Shown here in pieces: positions 41,263 to 54,085 of a DNA stretch of 64,000 nucleotides. Origin of the DNA: Calcarisporiella thermophila CBS 279.70 (lineage: Eukaryota > Fungi > Calcarisporiellomycota); NCBI RefSeq assembly GCF_041956535.1, contig NW_027192200.1:51398-115397 (forward strand), written 5' to 3'. The notes below the pieces were generated by a model. It was not told the DNA's origin and did no database searches. It saw only the letters and a list, made by a program, of their open reading frames with translations. The first letter of the stretch is position 1; each line of letters begins with the position of its first letter. The translations under genes and the position numbers were made by a program.

Positions 41263-42242
41263 TGGGTTATGGGGTGAGTATGTGAGGGTATGTAAAATCG
41301 ACAAGATGAAAGACAGGATAGGGGGGAATGTAGGAGGGGGAAGTGGCTGTGAAATATGCTAACGCGAGCAGTATATCGTCAGTCTTGTGGAGAAGACGAA
41401 TGAGAACGCGAGGCACAAGGAACGGCGGATGGAATTAATGGAGAAGCTGCGATAGGTCGAGCAAGCCGATAGAATAGTAATAAGAAACGCTGAATTCACG
41501 CGGCGAATGGAGGGAAAACAACGATGCCATGACGACACCCGATAACAGGGGCTAAACACAACGAACGCGATGACCGAGAAGGACGCGAAGAGCCAGGCGG
41601 ATTAAGAGAAAGAAAATCCCCTCCAAGGGTAACAGCAGAACAAGGAGGCTAGGCCTGACCATAACCCGGGCCGCCTCGATATTAGGCTCTCGAGGATGGA
41701 GGCCCATTGGCAGAGAAGGCAGTGGTACAAATGAGAACTTGTTTTATTCAATTTCCAATTCACGCTGTGGCAACCTGCCAACAAGCCATCCGCCGAGCGC
41801 ATTCGACAACCGGTTCCTTGCAATAGTAGTGATGCAAAGGCCAGCCTCCCAGCCTTTGCTGGAAGATTGGAGCCCAAGCCTAATCTCTCGGGAGAATGAC
41901 AGATAAAACCGTGTTTTCCCCAAAAACATTTCGTTTGCCTTCAAGCTAAGCTTTTCCCCTGGTGGAGCCACCAGCACGAGCTAACTGCATTGGGATAGAG
42001 GATGTAGGCATGTTTGTAGGGGGCCGAGGATGCATAGCTTTTTAAACTAAGTGCTTTAGATATCTAACAAACAAACGGCTAGTCTAATGGAATAATACTA
42101 TATGACTTATATTAATAGGCACAAATAGTAGTGGAGATCTTGAGGTCACGATGCCAGAGGAGAAAATGAACAGAATTACACAAATAAAGAGGAATGAATT
42201 GACGATTGCAGATGACTTTGGATGAGGAAGAAAGCATTTCCA

Positions 42243-43514
42243 TTAGGAGGAGGTGGAGGTGGAGGTGTTGTTCACTGTGCCACCGGAACCTTTGGTCTTT
42301 GCGACTGCCTTGGCGCCAGCAGTCTTCGCCTCGGCGGGCTTGGTCGCTTCCTTCACGGCGGGACTCTTGGAGGCGGTCTTGGTGCTGGCGGACTTAGTCG
42401 CCTCCTTCCCTGCAGGACTTTTGGGGGTGGTCTTCGTGTCCGCCTTGACCGCCGCACTCTCCCCCTTTGCAGTGGAGCTTGCACTGGCCTTAGCCTTAGG
42501 GGTTGTCGAAGTGCTCTTGCTCTTGGGGGTCTTTTTCTTTGGAGCCGCTGCCGACTTGGCCTTGGCGCCTCCCTTTTTCCCCTTGCTGGCGGCGACTTGA
42601 TTTGCGGCGCGAGCCAGCATCATATCGAACACCCCATCTGCAATCTTGTTGCCGAACCGCTCCATTTCCTTGTCACTCATATTGTGTTCTTTGGCGTACT
42701 CCTTTGCAACCCGAAGCCCTGCCTCTCGCCCCGCCTTTTGCGCCTGCTCGAACCGCTCTTTCACACTGGGAGCAGAGGACTTCGATGACGAGGGCGTTGT
42801 GGAAGACTTGGCGTTACTGGCTTGCTCCCCGGCTTTACGCTGGGCAAACGAGGTCGCGTCCGCGCCCTTGAAGCTGGAGGCGGTCAACGCGCCTCCCTTT
42901 GCGCCGGCATTGTCTACACTGCCGCCCGAGACTCGGTTAATGGTGGGGACAAATGCGCTCGATCCCGACCCCCCAAATGAGTTCATGGCGAGCTCGGCCG
43001 CTTTCCCGATGGCGCTCCCAATCGACTTGCCGATATTCTCTCCCTTTGCAGAGTCCATTCCGGGGATAAAGTTCCCGGCAATGGCCCCAAGGAGGCCGCC
43101 TCCAGTAGATGCCAAGTCCTGAGCGGGACTGGTGGCAGTAGCACCGCCCCCTCCGCCGCCACCGGCATCCTTGTCTTTGCTCCCGCTGCCTGCCCCAAAT
43201 ATGGTGGCAACTCCGTCGATAATCCCGCCGATGTCCACGCCGCCCCCTCCGCCCTCTCCACCACCACCGCCGTTGAGGGAAAATCCTTTAGGCCCTCCAA
43301 GGCCCATTCCGCCCATGCCCATGCCCATGCCCATGCCCAACATCCCCATTAGGGGCTTGAACATCGAGCTCATGCCAAACAATCCAAACTGCCGTTTGTC
43401 AAGCGCCACCTCGTGCTCCGCGGAATAGGGGCTGGCCTTATCGAGGGAGGCGACCGGCAGCGCATTGGTTCCAGCCACGGCGGCTAGTAGGACCACAGGT
43501 AGAACTCTAACCAT
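42243..43514 (-). CDS. Secreted Gly-rich/glycine-zipper protein with cationic K/A/T/S tail
   Basis: 423-aa intronless ORF; signal peptide, DKR Kex2 site, (MG)n from a GCCCAT repeat, GxxxG arrays, KEATK repeats. Confidence 0.8.
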   Translation of the reverse strand: MVRVLPVVLLAAVAGTNALPVASLDKASPYSAEHEVALDKRQFGLFGMSSMFKPLMGMLGMGMGMGMGGMGLGGPKGFSLNGGGGGEGGGGGVDIGGIIDGVATIFGAGSGSKDKDAGGGGGGGATATSPAQDLASTGGGLLGAIAGNFIPGMDSAKGENIGKSIGSAIGKAAELAMNSFGGSGSSAFVPTINRVSGGSVDNAGAKGGALTASSFKGADATSFAQRKAGEQASNAKSSTTPSSSKSSAPSVKERFEQAQKAGREAGLRVAKEYAKEHNMSDKEMERFGNKIADGVFDMMLARAANQVAASKGKKGGAKAKSAAAPKKKTPKSKSTSTTPKAKASASSTAKGESAAVKADTKTTPKSPAGKEATKSASTKTASKSPAVKEATKPAEAKTAGAKAVAKTKGSGGTVNNTSTSTSS

Positions 43515-45851
43515 TGGCTATTCAATGAGGTTGGTAGCCGTACTTGGAATTAATCAAAGAGAGGGAGAGAAGAGCGTGGAGAAAAGTTCAACTTGGAATA
43601 AATAGGCTAGTCGTTAGAGGGGAGGAAGGAAGGGTGTAAAGCTCTGGAAAGATGAAGCGAAAGAATGGATCCAGCCGTTCAATTTCACAATTGTTCAAAT
43701 GCAATGAATGAAGTAAAAAATAGGGAGAGGACAGCCTTTCCCAACCTCAGTTTAGTTATTTATACCAGTCCCTACCGGTTAACGTGGCATTGAACATGAA
43801 GAAAAAACAATATTCCAGCGTGGGACTTGTAGTGTCCAGTGTTCGAAAAAAAGGTGCTCGCGGCTGCTATTTGTCGCGTCAGCGAGAATCCCGTCTACAC
43901 GGGCGAAATATCACCACTCTTGTGCACATCGAGTCAAGAATCTTCTATTCACGAACCTCTGCTCGTGGCCGTAGAGGGCTCCTAGGGCAGCCGATACATT
44001 GGGGATCCGAGAGATTTGCCCCAGCTTTTTCTTGGATTCGCAAGGGGCTTTTTCTCTACTTACTAGGAATTGCGAGAGATTTTTAAGGCTAGTGTTTCAC
44101 ATGAATTTATTAATTTCGGTAGACTTCCCTGCCAGAATTCTTGCGGTGATGCGAATTGGCCAGAGCCTATTTTCTCAGAACTCCTCTTGCTTAAGAGCGA
44201 GTTGTTACTGAAATCTTAAGACGACTTGGATCTCGGGCTCCGAAAGCAGTCTGCAAAATAGGATGAAAATGTTGTAAGAGTCGAGACCTAATAAAAGTTG
44301 CCCCCGTAGACGATCCATCCTCCTCCACCTCAATCATTGGTACTTCTTTTGCTTGTACTGACTTCGAAGAACCGTAGATCGGATACTCTAAAATCCCCCA
44401 CAAGAGGCTCTTATAGCCTCTGAATGCACCCTGTTCATAAAGGAAAGCTTCAGCCCCTCCCTCTGACGCTAGCCAAGCAAGCCGCTTGGGATCCCAAGGT
44501 TGCACTCGGTAACACCTCTAGCCCACTCAGGATATACGATTATTCCGTAGCTCAAGTGACGATGAGGTAGGTGAATGGGATAGAATTGAAGAGGACCGTG
44601 GCTGTATGCATTGCATGCTAATTATTGACTTGCTTAATTGCGCTTCTCGGTATTAAACTATTTCCCTGTATCCGGACTCTCGGAAAATGAGATCATGCCT
44701 TTTTTCCTCCAATTGAAATATTAAGGGACTGTTTGATGACGTGTTCATTTCATTTAGACTGTGTGAAGGAGAGTTGGATGCAAAAGGAAATTTTTCTAAT
44801 TAGCCGATGCACAACGGAATCGGGCCATCGTAATCATAGCGAAAATGCATAATGACAAATTCTCGTGAAAAAAATATAGCTGGATAGAATAGAGACATAA
44901 AGTGACAACGACCCATTGATCGGTACCCTTGAACATTCGAAGAGTTAAGCGTCTGGAAGTCTCCCTCAGTTGTCTTAATTCCTTGTGCTAATCCAGCCCC
45001 GTCTATTTGCATGGGTTGAAGATTTCTAACTCTAACTCTGATTATATGTGATTTTATCACATAGAACCTCGTCGAATGATTCAACAGGGAGAGAACCTTC
45101 ATGAGCTCTGGATGAACCTTGATTTCTTTTGCGGTCTCATCTGAACCCAACTGCAATAAGCACGAAGTTTTGAGGACTAAATCATTCCACACCGATGGCC
45201 TCATCCGTGAACATGAACACTGCTAACTCTGATATAGGCAAGCATTCGTTTCGGCACCAAACAGTCAATGTTCGTTATATAGGTAATACAGCAAGAAGGT
45301 GAAAAAAAAACAAAGTCAATTGCATGGGTGCCCTCGGCCAAATTCAATGGTCCATTCGGTAAAACAATGTTATACATTGCATCGTATTCACCCCAAGCTA
45401 AAAAGAGATTATATTAAGGCGGAAAAGGTTTTTCGTGATTGGAAATTTAAAAGGGGTAAAAGTTTTACACTACTTAAACTTGCAACGACATTCTCAGCCA
45501 TCACAGATATGGATATCACCAACCTAACGAGGGAAGTTAATTGGCACACCCTCTGTGAGCTTGTCCATGAGGACGCAGAGTGTGGATGGATTTGTCATCA
45601 CTGCTGGAAATAAAGATTAACTATGGAAAGAAAGAATGCTAACATGGCTGCGCATGGCAAAGGCACACCAAGCAGGATTCATCATCGTCTCTCCTAGACT
45701 GCCTTATTATAACTAGTTTGATATGTACACGATGATTCATGAACTTTTTGAAGAATGGGCAAGATTTAAACTCAGCAAAATTTCCTTCTCAAGGGAATAT
45801 AAAAGGCCAGCACCCTAATATCAAAATCCTCACTCCTCGAATAGATCCAAA

Positions 45852-47210
45852 ATGTTGTATCGTAGACTCGGCAATTCTGGCCTAAAGGTTTCTGTTCTCT
45901 CACTGGGAAGCTGGCTGAGCTACGGAATGAAAGCTAATCAGGGTACTCTACTATCTTCATCGATGTAAAGGCATAATCTCATTCCTAAATGTGCCGCCAT
46001 ATGCGATCTATTCTATTAGAGACTTGTATCGAGTGCCTGAAAACGGCTTACGAAAATGGTGTGAATTTTTTCGACACTGCAGAGGTAACTTTTGCGCCTC
46101 CGCGGCTCCTTTTTTCCATCATGACTACAATGGTGATCATTTTTTGCTTTTATTCGTGCTAGGCTTATGGAAGTAAGTACCAAGATGCACATCAGCCAAG
46201 TTCGCATCTCGAAATTAACTAGGCATCTCACAGATGGCGCCTCCGAGACTACTCTCGGCCATGCCTTGAAGAAGCTCAACTGGCCCCGGAACTCATATGT
46301 CCTCGCCACTAAAATCTTCTTTGGGGATGGCTCCTCTAAGGATCCAAATGCGCGCGGGCTATCGCGCAAGCATGTTATCGAGGGGCTGGATGCTTCCCTG
46401 AAGAGACTACAATTGGATTACGTGGACATTGTGTTTGCGCACCGCCCTGATCCAGAAGTGGGGATGGAGGAAATCGTCCGAGCCTTTGACCATGTCATCC
46501 ATAAAGGAAAGGTACGTACGTTGACTTTGGGAAGGAAATCCAGTTAGGATGGAGAAAAAATCTTTTCCATTACAATAATTAGGCCTTTTACTGGGGCACG
46601 AGTGAGTGGAGCGCACAGCAAATTACCGAGGCTCGAGCTGTCGCTCAACGACTCGGACTAATGATGCCGGTGGTTGAGGTGAAGCTTATTTTTCAACATC
46701 AGGGGAGTGCGTAGGTTAACAAGCATTTTATTTTTGTTTGAGTAGCAATGTGAATATAATATGTTCAGCCGAGATAAAATGGAACGCGAATATGCCCCAC
46801 TTTTTGCCTCGTCAGATGGGCTCGGGACGACGATTTGGTCACCTCTCTACTCGGGAATCCTCACAGGCAAATATTTGCAAGGCCTTCCATCGGATTCGCG
46901 TTTTGCCACTGAAAGCCTCCCGTTCATCCAAAACAAAAAGCACGAGCTCTTCGAGACGGAGCAAGGGGCAAAATTGCTCGAGAAGGTGAGTCGATTGCAA
47001 GGCGTTGCGGAGCAGGTTGGGTGCTCGCTGGCACAGCTGGCCATCGCATGGTGTGTAAAAAATGAGAAAGTCTCGACCGTGCTTATGGGTGCTTCCAAGG
47101 CGGGGCAACTGCAGGAGAACATGCGCGCGCTAGAATTCGTGGAGAAATTGGATGGAAATATTATGCAGCTAATCGACAACATCCTTGGGAATAAGCCATC
47201 GGCGTTGTGA
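45852..47210 (+). CDS. Aldo-keto reductase, voltage-gated K+ channel beta-subunit-like (AKR6)
   Basis: [30 protein letters not shown] (includes 10-nt exon 46163-46172), [60 protein letters not shown]; five introns. Confidence 0.95.
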
Positions 47211-47435
47211 CGTTTCGACGGGAACGGGCCCAGGGTACCAGCGCTGGCCTAAAGTAGCCACGCGGCAAACAACTAAAACAAGTGTGCAGATTTCTCATAT
47301 TAGAGAATAAACAAAACTGTTTTTTATTATACATGTCATAAAGGAGAATGGCTTCTAAGCCTCGAATTTTAGGGTGAAAGTCGAATTTGGTTTGGATAAT
47401 TTATAAATAGAAATAACAACAACAGATATCACGGT

Positions 47436-48652
47436 CTACTTTTTCGGCTTTTTGCGCGGATGGACCAAGAATGGTTGGTTAAATGCTTCAAGCAGCTTGC
47501 GTGCCTTGTGTTCGCCGAACCCGGGACAAAGCATGACCTCCTCTACAGAGGCCGACATGATCTTTTTCAGCGACTAAGGTTGAGTTGAACCAAAAAAGAA
47601 GAATAAAATGTTAAACTCTGAAATGCAAGTGGTGTTTGGCTATTTTAGCTTACTCCAAAGGTTGAGGTCAGAGTGACCACGTCCGTCTTATTCACTGACC
47701 GAATTTGGGTTAGACAATCCGTCAGCTAAATACGTTGTAATTGGAAAAGAAAAAAATCAGTATTAAGGATGCCGAAAACCATTCCAAAAGCGGTGGATTA
47801 CCTTGGAGAGGTAGTCGTCGTCCACCTTTTCTTTAATCATATCCGGTGGCTTATGCTCAAATGATTTCAGTGTCTCGATATAGCGGCCGACCTCTTCCTG
47901 GCTCCATGCCAGAATGATGGTCATATCATTATTGATGGCCAGCTTGGTCAGCTCTCTGATCGCTTCCTGATGGTTTTCAATATCCACCAGAATGAGAAGG
48001 ATACGCAAGAGATAAGCATGGGTGAGCTTATCAAAGCGCTGATATATGTACTCGGGGTGGAGGCGATGATAGCGCAGACTGAGAAAGAGCAAGCCTGAGG
48101 TTTGTCCCACTTGGTAATCAGCGAGAATGTCGCCGTATTCCCAGGGCACATTGCGAATGTGTTGTAGGACGGGATTACCTCTCTGGCAAATGATAATCAA
48201 CATCAACTACCATGCACAAATTAACTTGATTAGTTAGGCTTACTTGGCAAGCGTTGACAATGACAGCATTAGTGCCAGCGCTTCTCTTCACTATCAACTT
48301 TGGTTGAGCTGGAGGTGTAGAATACGAGGATGAGGATGATGGAGTGTTGGGCTTGCTAATAGAGTTATTGCTTGAAGCACTATACGCGCCCGTCAATAAA
48401 TTAATGAATGGAAAGACCAGATACAATAGAAAAAAAGCGGCAGAAAATTTACGCTGGAGGAGGTTGGTAGTGTGGAGTTTCTTTCAAGAAAGAGAATGCC
48501 TCTGCAAAGGTAGAAGTAGGAGGCGGATTTGATTTTGGAACCACATCAGATTGTTCTACCGCTTGCCCTGAGGATGAGGCAGATACAGGAGGTGTAGTGC
48601 CACCCGGTAGAGCAGTCGATGTTGCGGTAGAATCCAAGGTTGGATCTGTCAT
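47436..48652 (-). CDS. ERCC1: DNA excision repair protein ERCC1/Rad10
   Basis: [32 protein letters not shown]...FLSLRYHRLHPEY, plus C-terminal HhH2 (LTQIRSVNKTDVVTLTSTFG...CPGFGEHKARKL); four introns. Confidence 0.95.
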
Positions 48653-49201
48653 AGGCACACATTGGAGTTAAATTGCTAAGCGGCTAACACTTCCATAGTA
48701 TACCTGTCGAGTTCGACAACGATCCGGGCCTAAAATAAATTTTGCCGCGACCCTTACCGGGTTGAAGCTTTTTAGCCTCGATGTCCTTATAGGAAGGTGC
48801 GCGAAATGACATGTCAACTCCTAGTGGCAAACTCGAAATGATCAAGGAGCTTGTATATCACCCAATTTTCCAAGCCACCCGTCGTTCGAGCCGGCGAAAT
48901 TTTTTACTCTCAAATAGTGACGATGGATGAATAATCTGGTATAGTATATTTCTTTTTAGAATATAAAATATTTTGAAAAAAAAAAGAGAGTAGGCAAGAA
49001 AATAAAAAGGAAACGACAAAATAAAAAATAAAATAAAGAAACGAAAGCAATGACTATTTTTTTAGCTATCTGATTTGTTACCCTATCCACTAAACCCTCC
49101 GGCACTATTAAAAAACAACAGAATATTGAAGCTCATCTTCCCGTGACACATAATTAACTTGGAACTTGATTGAATTTGATGAATCCGGTTTTGTATCGGC
49201 C

Positions 49202-50396
49202 CTAGGCCCACACCTAGCAAAAAAGAGAAAAACGAATTAGTGTACTCTCGTGTACAAGAAAGCGGCCCAATTTACCCTAAGTGTGCTATCCCAGCTGCCA
49301 GTGCACAACGCCATCCCGTCTGTTGCCACGCCCAAGCAACTCACGCGGTTCTCGTGGCCCTGCAGCACACCGACTCGGTCGCCACGCAGAGTATCCCATA
49401 CGTTGCAGTCGAAGTTGTCGTATCCTGCAAAGAGTAACCGCCCGCTCACGGAAAACGCAACACTAGTTATTCCGCACATGATGCTCTCGTGAGTGTACTG
49501 ATTCAGTTCGCGATCGGCACGCAAGTCGAAAAGTCGACACGAGGCGTCGTCAGAGCCAGTGCCGAATGCGTCGCCGTTGGGGAAGAATTGCACGGCGTTG
49601 ATATCGGACTCGTGCCCACTGAAAGTCTGCACACACCGGGTGGTGCGGATATCCCACAGCTTGGCAGTGGTATCACATGCACCAGAAATGAAGACATTGG
49701 GATTGGACGGAGAGAGGGAAATGCTACATTTAGAAACAAGAGCGCAAATGATTAAGTCACCCTCAGATCCCCCTTTGTAGAGAATGCACATGCTGACACT
49801 CACCTCATGACATCCCCAGTATGGTCCGTAAACTCCTCCATCTTGACGCCATTCTCAATATCCCAGAGCATGCAAGTCATGTCTCCTGAACTCGTCACCA
49901 TCTGCCGGTCATCAATAAATCTACAGCAGCTCAAGTAGCCGGTATGGGCCGCAAGCTCGCGCACTGGGCGCGACGGCTGTGCATCCTTGCCACGCAGATT
50001 GTACACCGAACAAATGTTGTCCAATCCACCACAGGCTACAAAATTTCCAGACGGCGCATAGGCACACGTCATCACCCAGCTGGATCGGAGCGGGATGGCG
50101 TGGATTTTGTTGGTCGTGTAGGCATCCCAGATAATAAGCTTGCCATCCTGGGATGCAGACACAAGGTGACGACGATCGGTGCCCCAATGCATGGCGTAAA
50201 TTTTGGCGAGATGGCCCTTCAGAATACGGCGGGTCTTCATCGCTAGGCGGGGGAGGGGCGTGATGTTGGCCGCCTGAGCACGGAGAGTAGTGTCCGCGAG
50301 GGCCTCCTTTTTGGCACGGATTTTCTCTTTCAGGCCTTCCGCTTCCTGTCGCGCAGCCGCAATCCTTTCTGCGAGATTGTTCGTTTCAATCGCCAT
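49202..50396 (-). CDS. GPB1: Heterotrimeric G protein beta subunit
   Basis: N-terminal coiled coil, [13 protein letters not shown], seven WD40 repeats, final mini-exon VWA* (49202-49213); two introns. Confidence 0.97.
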
Positions 50397-51372
50397 GGTG
50401 TCGATGAGTAGGCGCTGGTTGTTGGATAAGAGAAAAGGGTGGGGGAGAAAAAAGTGGGATTGGAAATGGGAATGCGATTAGATTAAATATAATGATGGCT
50501 TTAAAGAACTAAAACAAAGGAATTGGTGAGGAGCATTCAACGCAACCAGTGCCTGTATGCCTAGAACACACAAGATGAATTTCGATGGAATGAGAGAAGC
50601 AGACAATCCGCAACGACTACAACAAAAAATTTTTAGTCTCGAACCCTTGAGAGGAAGATAGAGAACAGGTTCTCGCTCAAAAAATCTCGGTATCTCTCAA
50701 CTCTATTTGAAAATCAGTGTGCATGAGCAAATTGGTCTTAAAGTTGTGTTTGGGCCGTTCTCTAGCGATATCTTGCTTCCGCGCAGAACGCACCTCCATC
50801 TTCCTTCACGCCTCGCATTATCTGTCGGGAAATGTGAGGCAAGGATCGACTCTCCTATAGAATGGCACCCATCGGGTGAATGACTAGTTTCAAAGCCATT
50901 TCGCCTTCAAGAATTACCATTCGGTGACCAGCTTTCATAATTGAGAATAAGAGAGAAAAAAAAAATGCAATAGCCATCGCATATGTACGACACTCAATGG
51001 TTCATTGTTGAGCAGGCCGAGTTGACTTGTTGAAAAGATGGATTGACATGCGCCATGGATTGAAACCCTTTATTCTTTTTATGATCCAGTTTAGATACTG
51101 TACATCATTGCGATGGGGGTAAGTTTAAGGTCCAAAACCACCCATGAATAGTGCAATACTGCTTTTAATGAAAGCATTCTGCTCAGGGCAGGATGACGAA
51201 TATAAATGTTCGCAAAAATCAATTTAATAGAGCATTATGCTGATATGAGCGTAAAATGCGAAGCAGAGAGAAAAAATAGTGTAATATGCAGTTGCTCTTC
51301 TCTCAAGATATGCAACACATAAAAGGACCTCAATACTTTTGCCATCAAGCATATTATATAATCCTGGCATTA

Positions 51373-52353
51373 CTAAAGTCTGGAGTGGACAATAGGGCTC
51401 AATCCCGTCTGAGGCGATACGTTCAAAAGCCAAGGAATTGCCCCTCGGGACTTGACGCTAGTATAAACCTCGGGGGCCAGAGAATAGAATTGGTTGAAAA
51501 AGTGCCCACTTCCGGTCGAGTTCAGGAATATTTCTCCAGCGTAGTTGGGCCTATAGCCAAACGCTAAGACCCCCAATTCGGCTACCGCATCCCGTTCGTT
51601 GACGTAGTGTTCAATGACGGGGATGGTATTATCGGGATTCCGGAAATCATCTGCGGCGCTAGCGAAGGTGCAGACGCGCAGCTTTTTGAGCAACTTCTTT
51701 TTATGAAGGCCATGAGGATTCTTATACAACAAATCGACCACTAAGCTGGCGATGATACCGCCTTGAGAATGGGCAATTAGCACGATGTCGTCCACCTTAT
51801 CATTGATCAAATCATGATAAATCACATTGGCGGCCGTCTTTACGGCGTCTGTGTTGATATCTAGATTTCTCTGGAGAATGCTTTCGAAAAGATCGCTGAA
51901 AAATCCATATGTCTTGTTATATATGCCCTGGACTGGGCGGCGGAACTGACTTTCCAATCTTTGGCAGTTATTGGCTAGCCCATGCTCGTCGGTGCAGATG
52001 CCATTGATGAAATACCATTTTTCATTCGGAAAAGCTGCGGCGAGCGCCTCGTTGCCTGGATAGCTGACTGCCATGCGGGGTACTCTGAAGATGTTCATGG
52101 CCAACATATCTGCTGCATTGATAGGCAACACAAGGGGAGTTGCCGCAGTTAGAATTACCTGCTTGATGACACTAACAATGTTTTCAGAATTGAAGGCAAA
52201 CGCTTCGTCGTTCTTCCCGGCATTGAATGGAGACTCAATAAGGCGAAGCATTCCAGATACAAATTCCGGCAGATTGGCCCCTATCAAGGACGCATCGCGG
52301 GTCAAGCTTGCATACAAGGTTCGTTGTCGGCGAAGCACATTCTCTAGATCCAT
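51373..52353 (-). CDS. Intronless alpha/beta-hydrolase-fold protein with C-terminal SRL (PTS1-like)
   Basis: 326-aa ORF; nucleophile elbow IAHSQGG, EHYVNERDAV, GSGHFF, EKWYFINGI motif. Confidence 0.8.
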   Translation of the reverse strand: MDLENVLRRQRTLYASLTRDASLIGANLPEFVSGMLRLIESPFNAGKNDEAFAFNSENIVSVIKQVILTAATPLVLPINAADMLAMNIFRVPRMAVSYPGNEALAAAFPNEKWYFINGICTDEHGLANNCQRLESQFRRPVQGIYNKTYGFFSDLFESILQRNLDINTDAVKTAANVIYHDLINDKVDDIVLIAHSQGGIIASLVVDLLYKNPHGLHKKKLLKKLRVCTFASAADDFRNPDNTIPVIEHYVNERDAVAELGVLAFGYRPNYAGEIFLNSTGSGHFFNQFYSLAPEVYTSVKSRGAIPWLLNVSPQTGLSPIVHSRL

Positions 52354-52472
52354 TCTGTCGAATTCTGAAATTTAGTCTGGGCTTGATATTTGACGGAAGA
52401 GCTGACAACGCGTTGATCTAGGCTTTCACAAAAGTGAGTTGCTACTTGTGTATCGTGCCTCCAGTCCTACAT

Positions 52473-53413
52473 CCTATTTATATCGTTGAAAANNNNNNNN
52501 NNNNNNNNNNNNNNNNNNNNNNNNNNNNNNNNNNNNNNNNNNNNNNNNNNNNNNNNNNNNNNNNNNNNNNNNNNNNNNNNNNNNNNNNNNNNNNNNNNNN
52601 NNNNNNNNNNNNNNNNNNNNNNNNNNNNNNNNNNNNNNNNNNNNNNNNNNNNNNNNNNNNNNNNNNNNNNNNNNNNNNNNNNNNNNNNNNNNNNNNNNNN
52701 NNNNNNNNNNNNNNNNNNNNNNNNNNNNNNNNNNNNNNNNNNNNNNNNNNNNNNNNNNNNNNNNNNNNNNNNNNNNNNNNNNNNNNNNNNNNNNNNNNNN
52801 NNNNNNNNNNNNNNNNNNNNNNNNNNNNNNNNNNNNNNNNNNNNNNNNNNNNNNNNNNNNNNNNNNNNNNNNNNNNNNNNNNNNNNNNNNNNNNNNNNNN
52901 NNNNNNNNNNNNNNNNNNNNNNNNNNNNNNNNNNNNNNNNNNNNNNNNNNNNNNNNNNNNNNNNNNNNNNNNNNNNNNNNNNNNNNNNNNNNNNNNNNNN
53001 NNNNNNNNNNNNNNNNNNNNNNNNNNNNNNNNNNNNNNNNNNNNNNNNNNNNNNNNNNNNNNNNNNNNNNNNNNNNNNNNNNNNNNNNNNNNNNNNNNNN
53101 NNNNNNNNNNNNNNNNNNNNNNNNNNNNNNNNNNNNNNNNNNNNNNNNNNNNNNNNNNNNNNNNNNNNNNNNNNCAATTTCATGATTCCTTCGATTCTTA
53201 ATCTACAATGTCCTTGGCCTATTGTGAAACAGCTCGATAGGCTTAAAAACGGCGCGGAGGACATGTTGCAAAAAAGTGGCGAGAGAGGTGTTTACGAGAA
53301 TTCGCATTGTATCGACTTCATATGCGCAGAAGAGAAAATAAGCAAAACTAGCAGGACTAGGCCCAGCGGAGCCGATGACGATCAATGCCGAGCCAATGTT
53401 TCCAAAGAAATAT
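52473..53413. mobile_element. Repeat element copy 1 (about 0.9-1 kb; interior is an N gap)
   Basis: Left end cctatttatatcgttgaaa and about 240 bp right of the gap are nearly identical to copy 2 at 59267-60310. Class unknown. Confidence 0.7.
52493..53174. other. Assembly gap (682 N)
   Basis: N run. Confidence 1.
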
Positions 53414-54085
53414 AGGAGATTCCAGAAGGAATCAGAAGTAAAATATATAAGGAAATAAGGATTACGAAATTTGATTGGTCCAAAAATTTCGATAACATAA
53501 CTTTATTATGTCTTTCTTTTGAGAGCTATTAACTCTACCGATATAAATCCAAATGCCCTCCATTTTTGATGCCATGAATTCTCCTTTTTATGCTGCATCT
53601 TTTTGGAAACCACATGCAAAATTTTCCCTTCCTCCAGTAGTGTTATATGGAGTTGCTAACCTACATAAAACCTACCTGAATATGTTGGAGGCCTTTTTCT
53701 TCCACTCTTGAACCCCCTAGGGCCAACATGGCCTCTAATTAGCAGGAGGTCTGCAACAGCGTTCGAAGTAGGAGAAACCCCAGAGAGGGAAAGGCTTTGT
53801 CCCACCAGCAATTAAAATTAATCTACTTTCTCTGAGGAGGTCAACTATTGCTCTCGAACCTCTATCCTGACCAGGAATTTTCCTCATAGTATGTATGAAG
53901 AAGAAATGCAAAACAAGGAATCCACAGTAGACCGTCAAGGGAGCGGGGTGGTATTCCCAGCTTCAACCAAACCTCCTTGGGTTCTAATGTAAATTTTAAT
54001 TCCTTGACTCCATTTCTTCTTTTGACCCCTACGCTCTCTTCCTATCTCCCATCCACTAACTCATATGTGCCATTCTATATAATCA

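Noticed and set aside
44636-44655. CGCTTCTCGG, resembling the U2 snRNA 5' end
   Set aside because: Only 10 nt match; no GTAGTA branch-recognition sequence or Sm site follows.
50803-50915. Two hairpins with an ATAGAA hinge (possible H/ACA RNA)
   Set aside because: No ACA box and no convincing pseudouridylation pockets.
52434-53415. Long ORFs of 255-309 aa spanning the first gap (and the 296-297 aa ORFs at 59181-60161)
   Set aside because: Artefacts of translating N runs.
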